Source of the DNA: a virus
Length of the DNA: 64,000 nucleotides
Reading direction: 5' to 3' (one strand)
IMG/VR virus record: IMGVR_UViG_3300043788_000040
Coordinates: 64,001 to 128,000 of that record
This document shows positions 37,885-48,688 of the stretch, one piece after another. A model generated the notes under the pieces. The model saw only the letters and a program-made list of their open reading frames with translations, was not told the DNA's origin and searched no databases. Each line of letters opens with the position of its first letter. Position 1 is the first letter of the stretch. The translations under genes were made by a program, and so were the position numbers.

Positions 37885-38265
37885 ATGGCAACGCAAATCG
37901 CAGTACAACCAGTTGTGGGTCCTTACCCGACAGTTCCAGTCGCGGCAGCATCGCTTGACTTGACTTTCGTGGCAGCCGACATCACCGGAAACTTCTTCAC
38001 CGCAGACCAGATTGCCGTAACCGTAGGCGCTGGCAGCATTGGTGGGGACATCCTTCTCGTGTGGAACACCGATGCTGCTCCGCACAACCTGACGATTGCC
38101 TCCCAGCCGCTCAACGGCCGCACGGGCGACATCACGTCCTATGTGGTCGGACCGGGCGTCATCTCGGCGTTCAAGTTCAGCCAACTCGCAGGATGGCAGA
38201 GTGGCACCACTGTGACTTTCACCGCCGACAACGTGCTGGTGAAGCTCGCTGTCCTAACACGGTAA
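37885..38265 (+). CDS. Small beta-rich, probably structural protein
   Basis: GAGGAG RBS; Thr/Val/Ala-rich like the other virion genes. Confidence 0.55.
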   Translation: MATQIAVQPVVGPYPTVPVAAASLDLTFVAADITGNFFTADQIAVTVGAGSIGGDILLVWNTDAAPHNLTIASQPLNGRTGDITSYVVGPGVISAFKFSQLAGWQSGTTVTFTADNVLVKLAVLTR

Positions 38266-38959
38266 CAGATGCCCAGCCTACGTGAGATCGCGAACGAGTA
38301 TCACCACGCCGCCAACCGGATAGCTGCCCGTGCAGATCGTGCCGGGCAACTGACCGAGAACCAGCGTCGTGCCATTGACTCGTTCCGTGACAGCGCAGCC
38401 AAAGTTGAAGCGCTCATCCGTCCTGAGGACTCCGCCCCTAAACAGGTTGAGGTTCAGGACACGGAAGCGCCTGTCACGCCGACAAAGAAATTTAAGGCTC
38501 ACAAGGCGGCAACGCCGCAGGAGCTTCTGGAGAAGGCACAATGAACTTTGGAAACGAAGGCACACAACCCGCTCAGCAGGCTGACGGCTACTCGGACCCT
38601 ATTGACGAGATCGTCGGGCAACTTTCCGGCGAAGTCAACGACGACCCGGAGCTTGTAGAGGAGCTTGCCGACACGGTCACCATTGAGAAGCTCATGGACG
38701 CGTTCATCGCCGAGGTGAGTGAAATCCTTGGGACTACCGTTGAGGTGTCGCTGGATGGCAACCCCGTGCGTACCCACTTGGAACTAGCCAACGCGGAGCA
38801 GGACATCGTTGAGTTGGCTTACGAACTGAGGCAAGACCTTCTCACTAAGATCGCCAACCGTGCGGAAGCAATAACCGAGCAGAATTTCGGTGCGACGCAG
38901 ATCGCCGCAGCCACCCACCCTTCCGAACTACGCAAGCAAGTCATCGTTGAGGAGAACTA

Positions 38960-40156
38960 ATGTTCGCACGCGGCTCGTGGGCAATCTTCGGCATCAAGTC
39001 CGACTCTGAGGCTGCTTTCGTCAAGAGCCTTGACGACTACAGCAGCGTGAGCCAAGCGGTTGCTGTCCAGAAAGCCAAGAACGACAGCCTGCCGACCAAC
39101 GGCATCAACCCATACGACCGCCCACGCCACGATGAGAGCGACGATTTGCAATCAACGGTTGACTCCAACAGTTTCAAGCTGGGCGACCACGTCTACGGAT
39201 TCTGGTACTGCCTGAATGGCTTTGAGGATGTCACCGACCCCAAGTCCAAGCAGGAAGCCCTCGCCTACGAACACTTCGGAAAGCCCTTCAAATTCCTCAA
39301 GAAGGAAGAGAAGGCGCACGTGGATTCACTGGTCGCGGCAAGCGCCGTTGCATCACGCAAGCAGTTCCCAGTCCTGATTGACTTTGTTGAGGAGCGTGTG
39401 TACGCAGAGACCACCAGCCCGGAAGAGATCGGCGACCTGCGTAGGCTTCTTGAGGTCACGGGAGCCGTGCCCTACAACCTGACTTGGAATTTCGGAAGCG
39501 CCGAGTGGCCTTTTCAGTTCCTCGCCAAGGTCAACGAAGCGAACAAGTTTCACAAAGAGATGCAAGACCGTGCTGGTGAGCTTAGCCGCTTCCATGCCAA
39601 CGAGGTTGAGAAGCTGGAAGACAAGATGATGGAGTCCATCGTCTCCGGCTACTTCGCCATGTCCGAGCTTGAGACCGGACAGTGGGCCGGGCTTTCCACT
39701 CCGGCGAAGATCAGGCTGTTCAACACGACCGACCCATCAACAGAGTCCGCCGTGAGCACTGCGTTCACGATACTCGGGCTTGTAGACACCGCGACGGTCG
39801 TGTCGGCAGCGGTCGTCTTCCAGAACCTTGACTCAAAATTTGCCAAGAAGACGGGCGAGGAGAAGCAGTTTCGTACCGACCTGTTCACCGTTGACATCAA
39901 CGACAAGGTCGTCATCTCCGACGCCGGGGCGGCGGCTCTGCGTGGCTTTGACCTACCGCAGTACAAGAAAGACATGAAGCGACTCGCCAAGAGCGGTGAG
40001 GTGCCCATCAAGGTCTACTGGTTTGATTGGCTGATCGCCATGAAGAATGCGATCCACTTCTTCGTTGACAACGTCACCGAGACGCTGAAGGTTGACAAGA
40101 AGCTGGGATTGAAAGCCTATGAGGCTGACATTGTGGAAGAGACGGAGGAGGTCTAA
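38960..40156 (+). CDS. Hypothetical protein (398 aa)
   Basis: Long ORF, coupled start and stop. Confidence 0.75.
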   Translation: MFARGSWAIFGIKSDSEAAFVKSLDDYSSVSQAVAVQKAKNDSLPTNGINPYDRPRHDESDDLQSTVDSNSFKLGDHVYGFWYCLNGFEDVTDPKSKQEALAYEHFGKPFKFLKKEEKAHVDSLVAASAVASRKQFPVLIDFVEERVYAETTSPEEIGDLRRLLEVTGAVPYNLTWNFGSAEWPFQFLAKVNEANKFHKEMQDRAGELSRFHANEVEKLEDKMMESIVSGYFAMSELETGQWAGLSTPAKIRLFNTTDPSTESAVSTAFTILGLVDTATVVSAAVVFQNLDSKFAKKTGEEKQFRTDLFTVDINDKVVISDAGAAALRGFDLPQYKKDMKRLAKSGEVPIKVYWFDWLIAMKNAIHFFVDNVTETLKVDKKLGLKAYEADIVEETEEV

Positions 40157-40599
40157 TGCCACAGCTTGAGGTAGCGACAATCGTGATGAAGGATGCAGTT
40201 AATGTCTTGATCGGCAAACAGAAGGAAGGTCCGGACGCCGGGAAGTGGGTCATCCCCAGCAGCTTTGTCAAGGAAGGCGAGCGCATGATTGACACGTGCT
40301 CACGTTCCATTCTTGAAGAGGCTGGAATTGAAGTCCAGCCCAAGCAGATACTCTTCCTGTCCGAGGTTTTGGAGCCAGGGCAGCACCGCACGGCGGTGTT
40401 CTGCTTCGCCGAGTACGTGAGCGGTGAGCCTTCTCCGGGCACATCCCTGACCGAGGTCAAGTTCGTGGACCCGAGGACTCTGGGCGAGTACCAGACCGAG
40501 GGCATGTCGGAACTGACGCAGGACGCTTTCTACAAATTCAGTATGGTTCTCAGGAGTCAACAACAAGCGGCTTCCGCTCCGACCTCCGGCACGGTATAA
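40156..40599 (+). CDS. Nudix hydrolase with degenerate Nudix box
   Basis: GKWVIPSSFVKEGE...RSILEEAGI. Confidence 0.8.
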   Translation: MPQLEVATIVMKDAVNVLIGKQKEGPDAGKWVIPSSFVKEGERMIDTCSRSILEEAGIEVQPKQILFLSEVLEPGQHRTAVFCFAEYVSGEPSPGTSLTEVKFVDPRTLGEYQTEGMSELTQDAFYKFSMVLRSQQQAASAPTSGTV

Positions 40600-40622
40600 T
40601 AGGGCACGGAAAGTGAGACCCA

Positions 40623-41102
40623 GTGAAGCCGTTCGTATTGTTGCTTGTCATTCTGCTTTTTGCTGTTCCCACGTTCGCTGATGACCAAGTCGGCGTAGCG
40701 CTAGATTTCCACACCAAGAAAGCCACTCTCGGCGTCCGCCTCATGAACGACGGCGTGGACTTTGGTGCGAGCATCCCTACATTTAAGCATCAAGCTTTGG
40801 TGCTGGATTTTGAGACCGACAGAATCGCCGGGCAAACCTCCATGTCCCCCGCCTTGGGCTGGCAGTTCTTCACCACGTACAAGCGGTTCACGCCATACGC
40901 CTACTTCAACGTCGGCGGCACGGAGACCATTCACCAAGGCGCAGTGTTCAACAGCACTGTCGGGCAGGGACTTGATTTCCGGCTGACTTCCCGCTATGGG
41001 CTGAGGTTTGAGCACGAATTTGATTGGTCAAAGCAGATGGCAAACCAGTGGGATCAGCGATACACCGTGCTTTTCGTCGTGCATTTCGGAGGTAAGAAAT
41101 AG
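40623..41102 (+). CDS. Small outer-membrane beta-barrel-like protein
   Basis: Signal peptide, amphipathic strands, PYAYF..G, G.GLDFRL..YGLRFE, near-terminal Phe. Confidence 0.65.
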   Translation: MKPFVLLLVILLFAVPTFADDQVGVALDFHTKKATLGVRLMNDGVDFGASIPTFKHQALVLDFETDRIAGQTSMSPALGWQFFTTYKRFTPYAYFNVGGTETIHQGAVFNSTVGQGLDFRLTSRYGLRFEHEFDWSKQMANQWDQRYTVLFVVHFGGKK

Positions 41103-42244
41103 TGCCGACCCTGATAGCACAGCGACCCTCGCATTGGAATGATGTGATCGGTCAGACGAGAGCCTTAGATGTCCTTCAGGCTGCGTTGCGCAACCAGCGT
41201 TTCCTCAGCCGTGGGATCATCCTGCACGGTGTTGTTGGCGTTGGCAAGACCACCAGTGCCTACCTCGCAGCGAAGGCTCTCATGTGTACTGGGGAAGAGA
41301 CCTTGCTGGGCTGCGGGGAATGTCCTTCCTGCCTGCTCGTCCAGAGTGACGGCATTGACAAACACCCGGACTTCATTGAGATTGACGGCGCTGTCAAGCC
41401 CGGCGTGGAGGGCGCACGTGAAACCATTGAATCCACGCTCACACTCCCAGTCCTCGGCAAGCGCCGTGTGACGATCATTGACGAAGCACATTGGCTTAGC
41501 CCCGAGGCATGGAGCGCCTACCTCAAGACCTTAGAATCCGGCGAGACCGATTCCATCTTCCTGTTTGTGTCACAGGACTACGGCAGGATTCAGCCCAACA
41601 TCCGCTCACGCTGCATCCGCATCGCCTTTGATCGTGTGAACCTAGAGGTGCTTGTCGGACACCTTGCGAACGTCGCATCCAAGAACGAGATCGCCTGCGA
41701 CCTAGATGCCCTGAAGCTCATCGCCCGGCAAACTAAGGGCATCGTGCGGGATGCTGTCCAGTATCTCAACACGTGCGGAGCGCTAGGCGTTCGGGTGGAT
41801 GTGAAAGTCGTGCGGCAGGTGATTGACACGACACTGGACGACTTGTGCGAGAAGCTTCTCTTGACGCTGGCGGCACGGGATCAAGTCGGGGCAATAAAGC
41901 TGGCGGACGATCTTGTCCGCAAGGACATGCCCGGCAAGGTCGCCGAGCGCATGCTGTCCCTGTACAGCCGGGCGATCTACACCGATGACGCCCACCTCCG
42001 CAAGATATACCTCGGGCTGCCAGATGTCAGCGCCGTCGCCGGGGTGCTCATAAAGTGGGCTGCCGTGCAGCACGCCCCCGCCGACATCGTGACCATTATC
42101 GTGTACGAGCTTCTCCGCACGCAGAACGCCGTCAGGACGCACTCCGTGGCGTCTGCCCACCCCAAACCCCAGCCTACCCCCCAAATCACGCCTACGAGCC
42201 GGAAATCGTCATTAGAGGCTATGCTGGACGACGAGGCGGTCTGA
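41102..42244 (+). CDS. dnaX: Clamp loader, DNA polymerase III gamma/tau-like
   Basis: RP..W.DVIGQ, GVVGVGKTT, CGECPSC, IIDEAH, IRSRC, G.VRDA. Confidence 0.93.
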   Translation: MPTLIAQRPSHWNDVIGQTRALDVLQAALRNQRFLSRGIILHGVVGVGKTTSAYLAAKALMCTGEETLLGCGECPSCLLVQSDGIDKHPDFIEIDGAVKPGVEGARETIESTLTLPVLGKRRVTIIDEAHWLSPEAWSAYLKTLESGETDSIFLFVSQDYGRIQPNIRSRCIRIAFDRVNLEVLVGHLANVASKNEIACDLDALKLIARQTKGIVRDAVQYLNTCGALGVRVDVKVVRQVIDTTLDDLCEKLLLTLAARDQVGAIKLADDLVRKDMPGKVAERMLSLYSRAIYTDDAHLRKIYLGLPDVSAVAGVLIKWAAVQHAPADIVTIIVYELLRTQNAVRTHSVASAHPKPQPTPQITPTSRKSSLEAMLDDEAV

Positions 42245-42527
42245 TCATGCCCTATTTATGCGATTTTGTGTTCACAGGAAGACCGGATGTTTCCATGTTT
42301 AGTGCGGCTGAGCGTTCAAGGTTCGGGGGCACGGTCTGCCGCCGAGACAAATACCCCGATGCGGCGTGCTGCCCGGAGATCGCCACAGTCAAGCACAAGG
42401 GCTGGTGGCTGTGCGAGGAACATTACGATCTTGTGAAGACCACGGACGAGATTGGGTTTGAGGACGAGGACGGAATGATCACCTACCCCCACGAGATACT
42501 GCACCGAGATTTAGTGGACGGCAAGTT

Positions 42528-43292
42528 TTAGGGGATCGGGTGCGGTAATTCCCGCTTCTGGATCGCGGTTCGTGTAGCCGCAAGCGTTGCCCGAAGAGAG
42601 TCCTCGGGTAGGTGGCTTATGATCGGGTTCACGAGCCAGCGAAAGAGGAAAGGCACGTCACGGCTCAGCCCCACCGCTTCCAGTTCAATGTAAACCCCGC
42701 CGTCCGCTTCCTCAAAACTGGTGATGGTGTAAAGCCTCCAGACGTAACCCGGTCCTTGGTCAGGCGGGTCAAGTTGTTCGTCCGTCGTACCGAAGTTTTC
42801 CACCGCTTGCAGCTTGGTGCTCTGACTGATGCTATACCAGTGGGTGGGGTCTATTTGGAGGTACAGGGTTTCGTACTCCCCGTCTATCGCTGCCGTGGTG
42901 AAAGCCGTGTGTGTGACGGTGAGGATGGAGTAGTGGTCAATCATCCCCGTGGAGGCGAGTTCCTTGCCCCGGACGATGGACGGATTGAAGAAGCCCCCAC
43001 GTGCGGTGGCTAAAGCCTCGGTCATGGTGACACCGGGGATGAACACGACACCCGCCCAGTCGTGGATCAAGCCGTGAGGTACTTTGATGGGGTTCACCTC
43101 GGCGACGGGCCAGACGATGATCTGTCCGCTTTGCGCTTCGTTACGCTGCATCGGGGAGAGCTTGAGGGGTTGGTTGTGCTTGGCGACGATGTAAGCTGTC
43201 CAAGCTGCGAGAGTTTCGGGTTTCAGTTCCCCTGCGGAGACGTTCGGCACGAAAACAAGAACCAGCAGGAGAGGCAAAAATCTACGAAACAT
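42528..43292 (-). CDS. Secreted hypothetical protein (host-like)
   Basis: Signal peptide; GLIHDW.G.VFIPG and GVYIE.EA..LSRD.P pattern recalled from Acidobacteriota proteins. Confidence 0.65.
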   Translation of the reverse strand: MFRRFLPLLLVLVFVPNVSAGELKPETLAAWTAYIVAKHNQPLKLSPMQRNEAQSGQIIVWPVAEVNPIKVPHGLIHDWAGVVFIPGVTMTEALATARGGFFNPSIVRGKELASTGMIDHYSILTVTHTAFTTAAIDGEYETLYLQIDPTHWYSISQSTKLQAVENFGTTDEQLDPPDQGPGYVWRLYTITSFEEADGGVYIELEAVGLSRDVPFLFRWLVNPIISHLPEDSLRATLAATRTAIQKRELPHPIP

Positions 43293-43556
43293 AGAGGCCT
43301 ACCTTTCTGTGAGGTGCAGGGCTTTCTCACGGAAAAACCGCTCCAAGTTCTCATCCATCTCCACGTTCCCATCCGCCTCCCTCACAAGGTCATTGAACGC
43401 CCGCAGGGAAATGTGCCTCTCAACAAGCAAATAGAGAAGCTGGATCAGGCGGTCGTTTACCTTGCGTGGAGTTGCCATCCCTTCATGATACTGCCCTTAC
43501 AAGGGTAAATCAACCCCGAAAAAGGTAATTTTTCCCTGTATCGGGTATCTATATCC

Positions 43557-44867
43557 ATGATCCTAGAGTACGGAGATGTGTCCAAGCTTCAGGGAACGAA
43601 TTGGTTCATGATGGAATTGAGGTCTGAGAAGACCATCGAATCCACCATGCGCCGTGTCGGCAAGCAGCTTTCCGGCATCTTCCGCCACGACCCCATAGAA
43701 ATTTTCATCCCAGTCGTCAAGCGCGATCTGGACGTGTTTGAACTCAGCACCGGGCCTTACGTGTTCGTCCGCAGCACCAGCTTCAACGCCCTGCTTCGGC
43801 TCAAGAGCATCACGGGAGTTGTCAGCTTGGTCACCGAGGGTGATACCAACCGCCCGAACAAGGCGATCTCAGTTGAAGACACTTACGTCCAAGGTTTGAT
43901 CAAGCAGGCTGAGGAAGAGCACCGCAAGCGCGCCATCGGCATTGAAGTGGGGAGCTTTGTCCGCATCCTGAACGGCGAGACCCGTGACTTCTGCGGTGAA
44001 GTTGAGATCATCGGCGACGGCAAGGCAGTGATCCGTGTCACGCTCCGCACCAAGTCCATCCTGCTAGAAACCCCGGTACGAAACCTTTTGAACCTCTCCC
44101 ATGTCCCCAAAGAACAGCGTGTCTATTACTACAGCCCGCTCGTAGAGGAACTGTTCAAGGACAACCCAACCGCCGCGACCGCGATGGTGGAGGAAGACCT
44201 GCACTTGGACGAGGCGACTCCGATGCCGGAGCAGGTTGAAGTGCAGCCGACCGAGGAGCCGAAGAAGCACTCACGCCAACGCACCGTTACCGCACTGGTC
44301 AAGAAGCTCGTCCTAATTGAAGGACTGCACACGCCTCTGGAGATCGCCAAGGCGGTCGTCCACGCTCTGCGCACCAAAGAGATCAGGGCACCGAAGAATC
44401 TGTTCATCGTGTACTGCATCATCAAGGACAGACTCCGGCAGGACTACTTCGCCAAGATTGATCCGAGCCTCTCCAACTACCGTGAGATCATCAAGAAGTA
44501 CGGCAAGGACTACAAGTTCAGCGCCCAGCAGATCGCCAAGATAGACCCCGACCTCGGCGTCCCCGTGCAGACCGTAGACGTATGCAAGGACGGTCGCAGC
44601 CGGGAGGCTCGTCAGAAGTCCAAGACAAAGATTCAGCCAGCGTCGGAGGTCAAGAAGCTAGCGGCGAAGAGCAAGCAGGACAAGGACAAAAAGAAGAAGG
44701 GTCCGACCGACAAGTGCGGCGAATGCTTCCACGAACGCAAAGCGCACAAGCTGTCCCCGAAAGGCGCATGGATGCGCTGCACCGGAGTATCAAACCATGA
44801 TATTCACCCTTGGGTCAAGGAACGTGGCCCCTGCTGGTGCAAGAGGTTTAAGGAGAAGGAGAAATAG
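43557..44867 (+). CDS. NusG/RfaH-family transcription factor with long C-terminal extension
   Basis: NGN-like WF...IFIP...GPYVFV...ITGVVSLV; KOW IEVGSFVRILNG...F.GEV. Confidence 0.8.
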   Translation: MILEYGDVSKLQGTNWFMMELRSEKTIESTMRRVGKQLSGIFRHDPIEIFIPVVKRDLDVFELSTGPYVFVRSTSFNALLRLKSITGVVSLVTEGDTNRPNKAISVEDTYVQGLIKQAEEEHRKRAIGIEVGSFVRILNGETRDFCGEVEIIGDGKAVIRVTLRTKSILLETPVRNLLNLSHVPKEQRVYYYSPLVEELFKDNPTAATAMVEEDLHLDEATPMPEQVEVQPTEEPKKHSRQRTVTALVKKLVLIEGLHTPLEIAKAVVHALRTKEIRAPKNLFIVYCIIKDRLRQDYFAKIDPSLSNYREIIKKYGKDYKFSAQQIAKIDPDLGVPVQTVDVCKDGRSREARQKSKTKIQPASEVKKLAAKSKQDKDKKKKGPTDKCGECFHERKAHKLSPKGAWMRCTGVSNHDIHPWVKERGPCWCKRFKEKEK

Positions 44868-44897
44868 GGCTTTTAAGGCTTTATTAGAGGTACATTT

Positions 44898-45689
44898 ATG
44901 CCATCAATCGCACCCATAACCGGGGGAGAGTTGGGGAAGATTCGGTCTTTCCTGATTGACCACGAGAAACTACTCATCGTTGTCATCGCCGCTGTTCTAA
45001 TCTTCGCCGGGTACGTCAAGGTCACCAACATCATCGCCGCACACGACGAGGCGCAGCTTAAACAGGCGCAGATCGTGGCAAACGCTCAGCAAGCCGCCAA
45101 CGTGCAGCTTGCGCAGCAGGCAGCACAGAACGCACAACAGATCGCGCAGGACAAGGCACAGCTTCAGGCTTTATCCGACAAACTGACCGCCCAGAACCAG
45201 CAGCTTGTGAACGCCAACACGGCGCTCGCAACTGCCCTGACAAAGCAGCAGAAGACTGACGCCTCACTTCCAGTCCCCGCGCTCGTTGACCGCTGGGCGC
45301 AACTTGCGCCAGGCACCAACTTCACCGGGGCAATAGGTTCCGGCAACAACGTAGAGGTCACGCCGTCCAACGCCTTGGCGACCGTGCAGCAGCTTGAGAA
45401 GGTTCCCGTCTTGACGCAGCAGCTTGCGAACGAGACGACTGAGAAGATCAACGACGACCAGCTTATCACGCAGCAGGGGAAGAGCATCTTTGACCTGAAC
45501 GGCCAAGTGGGCACGCTGAACGCATCCATCGTGGGGCTGAACAAGCAGATCGTGGACAACAACGCAGTGTGCCAAGACCAGATCAAGGTGGTCAAGGCCG
45601 AGGCGTCCAAGTCCAAGCGACGCTGGTTTATCATCGGCTTCGTGACTGGCTTTATTAGTCGCCAGTTGTTGATAGGAAAAACTTTGTAA
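44898..45689 (+). CDS. Membrane-anchored coiled-coil protein (spanin-like?)
   Basis: N-terminal TM, Gln/Ala coiled coil, C-terminal hydrophobic segment. Confidence 0.55.
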   Translation: MPSIAPITGGELGKIRSFLIDHEKLLIVVIAAVLIFAGYVKVTNIIAAHDEAQLKQAQIVANAQQAANVQLAQQAAQNAQQIAQDKAQLQALSDKLTAQNQQLVNANTALATALTKQQKTDASLPVPALVDRWAQLAPGTNFTGAIGSGNNVEVTPSNALATVQQLEKVPVLTQQLANETTEKINDDQLITQQGKSIFDLNGQVGTLNASIVGLNKQIVDNNAVCQDQIKVVKAEASKSKRRWFIIGFVTGFISRQLLIGKTL

Positions 45690-47362
45690 GGCAGTATTAA
45701 ATCGCTGAGGAGCACCAAAATGAAGATAGTGTTTTTGCTGGACAACAACGAGTACGTTGAAGTTGCACCGGAGAAGTTGCAGATCAGGCAGATCGCGCCA
45801 GGTCAGTCCGCTCTCGGTATTGAAGTCACGGTTCCTGTGCGCAAGGAAGACGGCACGCCCGAGACGAACGAAGACGGCAGCGCCAAGTTGCAGACCGGGT
45901 TCCGCCCGTTCATCAACTACGCGGTGGACCTGACGGTTCCAAAGCCTGCTGAAGCCCCAGCGGCAACCCCGGTTGCGGAAGAAAAGACCGCCCCGAAAGC
46001 TGCAAAGTCCAAGAGCAAGGCTGCAAAGCGTCGCTCAAATTGATCGAGGGCTAAGTGGCTGCCGTATATACACTTGACCCCGAATTAGGATGGGTGCCAG
46101 CAATACCGGAACCATTCTGGTACAGGGGTTGGCGCACGCTGTTTCGCTACCGCCCGGCTTGCTACCAGTGCAAGAAGGGCAAACAGCCGACGATCTTCAA
46201 GACGCGGCATGAGTGGCAGACGCACTACGTGCTGAGCCACCTCCAAGGGGATTGGAAAGATGAAGGTCACCAAAACTTCCGTTCATAGGCTCACCATTGA
46301 AAAAACTTGCGGCTGCCAAGCCACCCGCGAGTACGAGGACGTCCGCTATACCAAGCCTGTTGCGGAAGGCGTGTTCACCGCGTGCGAGAAGCACGAGAAG
46401 AACAAGCTGATTGCCGAGTTCGCCGGGGAGATGCTGATTGAGGCGCTTGACAAGGAAGCCGAGACTGCTGGCAAGACCGTAGTCGCCTCCGTCCGAGAGA
46501 CCGCCACAGCTTTGTCTGGTACCAGCGGCGGAAGCGTCACATCTATGGGCGCACCAAACGTCCCGAAGAGTCGGGAGAAGGTGGACCCTCTGAAACCCAA
46601 GACCGCACACTTTGACCGACCTGACCCACGGCGTCCCAGCAACACATCCCCCACAGGGAACCTGAACCTTGCCCAGCATGAAGACATCTCCGACGAGGAG
46701 TTGCAGGAGCAAGGTATTACCATGACCGGAGACATTGACGGCGTCCCAGTAGACCCGAGGGTTGACCAAGCACTAGGCGAGGGTCTCCGTGACCTTGAGA
46801 ACATCTTTGACGATGAAGACGCCAAGGCTGGCGGCGTGTCGCAAAAGCTGATCAACATCCAAGCTGTAGACTAATTCCCTAAACCTGTTACAATCAAGAC
46901 ATGAACGCACCGAAACCAGACCCGGTTGAGGAGTGCATAGAATACCTGCGCCAACACGGGGACTATTTTGGCGTGAGCCTACTCAAGGCATGGCGGGTGG
47001 AACGTGGACAAAAAGACGCCGAAGATTCTGAACGCACACGCAAAGAAACGGGCGGAGGAGAGGTACGGTCTTAACCTCAACAAAGAAGCCCGGCACGAGA
47101 TCGTGCAAATGATCCAGACGAACCAAGCTGAGTTCGTCGGCAAGCAAAGCAACAACCGCACGCTCTGGCGTGTCACGTACCAAGATCAGCCCCTCAACGT
47201 CGTCTACGACAAAGCACGGAGCACCATGTGTACCGTGCTTCCGAAAGAGGCGCACGAGTTTCAAGAAGGCGGATGGGTAGAGCCGGAACACGAACATTCC
47301 ACTTCTGCGCAGAGCCGTGCCGACATCACAGCGGAATTGAAAGAACTTTGGAAGGATACCGA

Positions 47363-47797
47363 ATGAATTTCCTCTACTATTTTGCGGCGGCAATCCTCGG
47401 GCACTTCGTGGGTGATTACATCTTCCAGAACCAGTGGATGGCTATTGGTAAGTCACAACCCGGAAGGCTGGGGCACGTCGCTTGCACCGTCCACGTCCTG
47501 CTTTACACGTTCGCCGTGGCGCTGCTCACGGGTTGGCACCCGCTGTTCCTGCTCGTGGTTGCGGTGCCGCACTGGATCATTGACCGCTGGAGCCTTGCGA
47601 CCTATATTCTGTGGCTCAAGAACGGCTACTCCCCTTGGACGGCGTGGGATAAGACCCAGCCGACCGATGTAGCGGAGGAAAGACTGGTCAAGAACGTGTG
47701 GAAGGTTTCATTCGCCGCCCCGGTTTACATCTTCAACGACAACACCCTGCATTGGGTGTGCCTGTGGTTCACCTGCAAGTACTTCTTTCACGGTTAG
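47363..47797 (+). CDS. DUF3307-like membrane protein
   Basis: GHFVGDYIFQ, HVLLY, HWIIDR, DNTLH. Confidence 0.8.
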   Translation: MNFLYYFAAAILGHFVGDYIFQNQWMAIGKSQPGRLGHVACTVHVLLYTFAVALLTGWHPLFLLVVAVPHWIIDRWSLATYILWLKNGYSPWTAWDKTQPTDVAEERLVKNVWKVSFAAPVYIFNDNTLHWVCLWFTCKYFFHG

Positions 47798-48688
47798 TGT
47801 CGGGTGCGAATCGGTTCGTACTGTGTCGCTGGTTGCATACCTTCCGGCGCATCAAAGGGTTCGTGAATCTCGCCGTTGGACTCAGCTTCCAAGCGGTCTA
47901 GCGCCTCACGGCGCATCTGATCGTTGTGGGTGTCTGAGGAATCCAGTCGGGTGCTGAACAGTGCCGCCACTGTCAGAAGGATAAAGACCAAGAGCAGTTT
48001 GCCGACGTTGTTCCACACGAATCGCAGTGCGCTGTCAACTGAGGACGACCCGGTCGTGCTTGGGGCAATCAAGGCGTCGTCGCCGTTGGAGTAGCCGTTG
48101 GCTTGCACGATATGCTGTGCTAGATACCAATCCGCATCCCGTTGCACGGTGACATCGTTCGGAGTCCAAGTCACGACTCTATTGACGCTTGGCTTCGTCA
48201 CAGCAGACATGATTCCGGGCGTAGGAATAAACCCGTGGTCAATGCCAGCCTTGAGTCCGATCACGGTCAGCATCATCAGGATGAAAGCGAAAACCATCTT
48301 GGGGAAAGGTTTCATGTTCACAGGATTGGCTCCTCTTCTTCCGGCTCCGGTTCGTCGTCGGGTTCTGGCTCTTCGTCGTATTCCTCGTCAAATTCGTCTT
48401 CCGAGACGTAGTGTCCTTCAACGGTGCAGACTTCACGCCCCTCAAAGCGGCTGAGAATGTCCAGCAGGATTGCTGTGCGCCCAGAGTTGCTGACTACCCA
48501 ATGGTAGACCAGTTGGGCGAACACCAAGGCTAGAATGAAATCAACGGCAGTGGCGTACTCTACGTGTCGGGCGTCAATGCCGACCAGCCGGGGAATGAGG
48601 CTCTCGGCGACGGCAAGACCGCAGCCTACCAGCCAAACAATGAACAGTCTCGGGTACTGCTGAACATTCATTCTGAATCGTGTGAACA

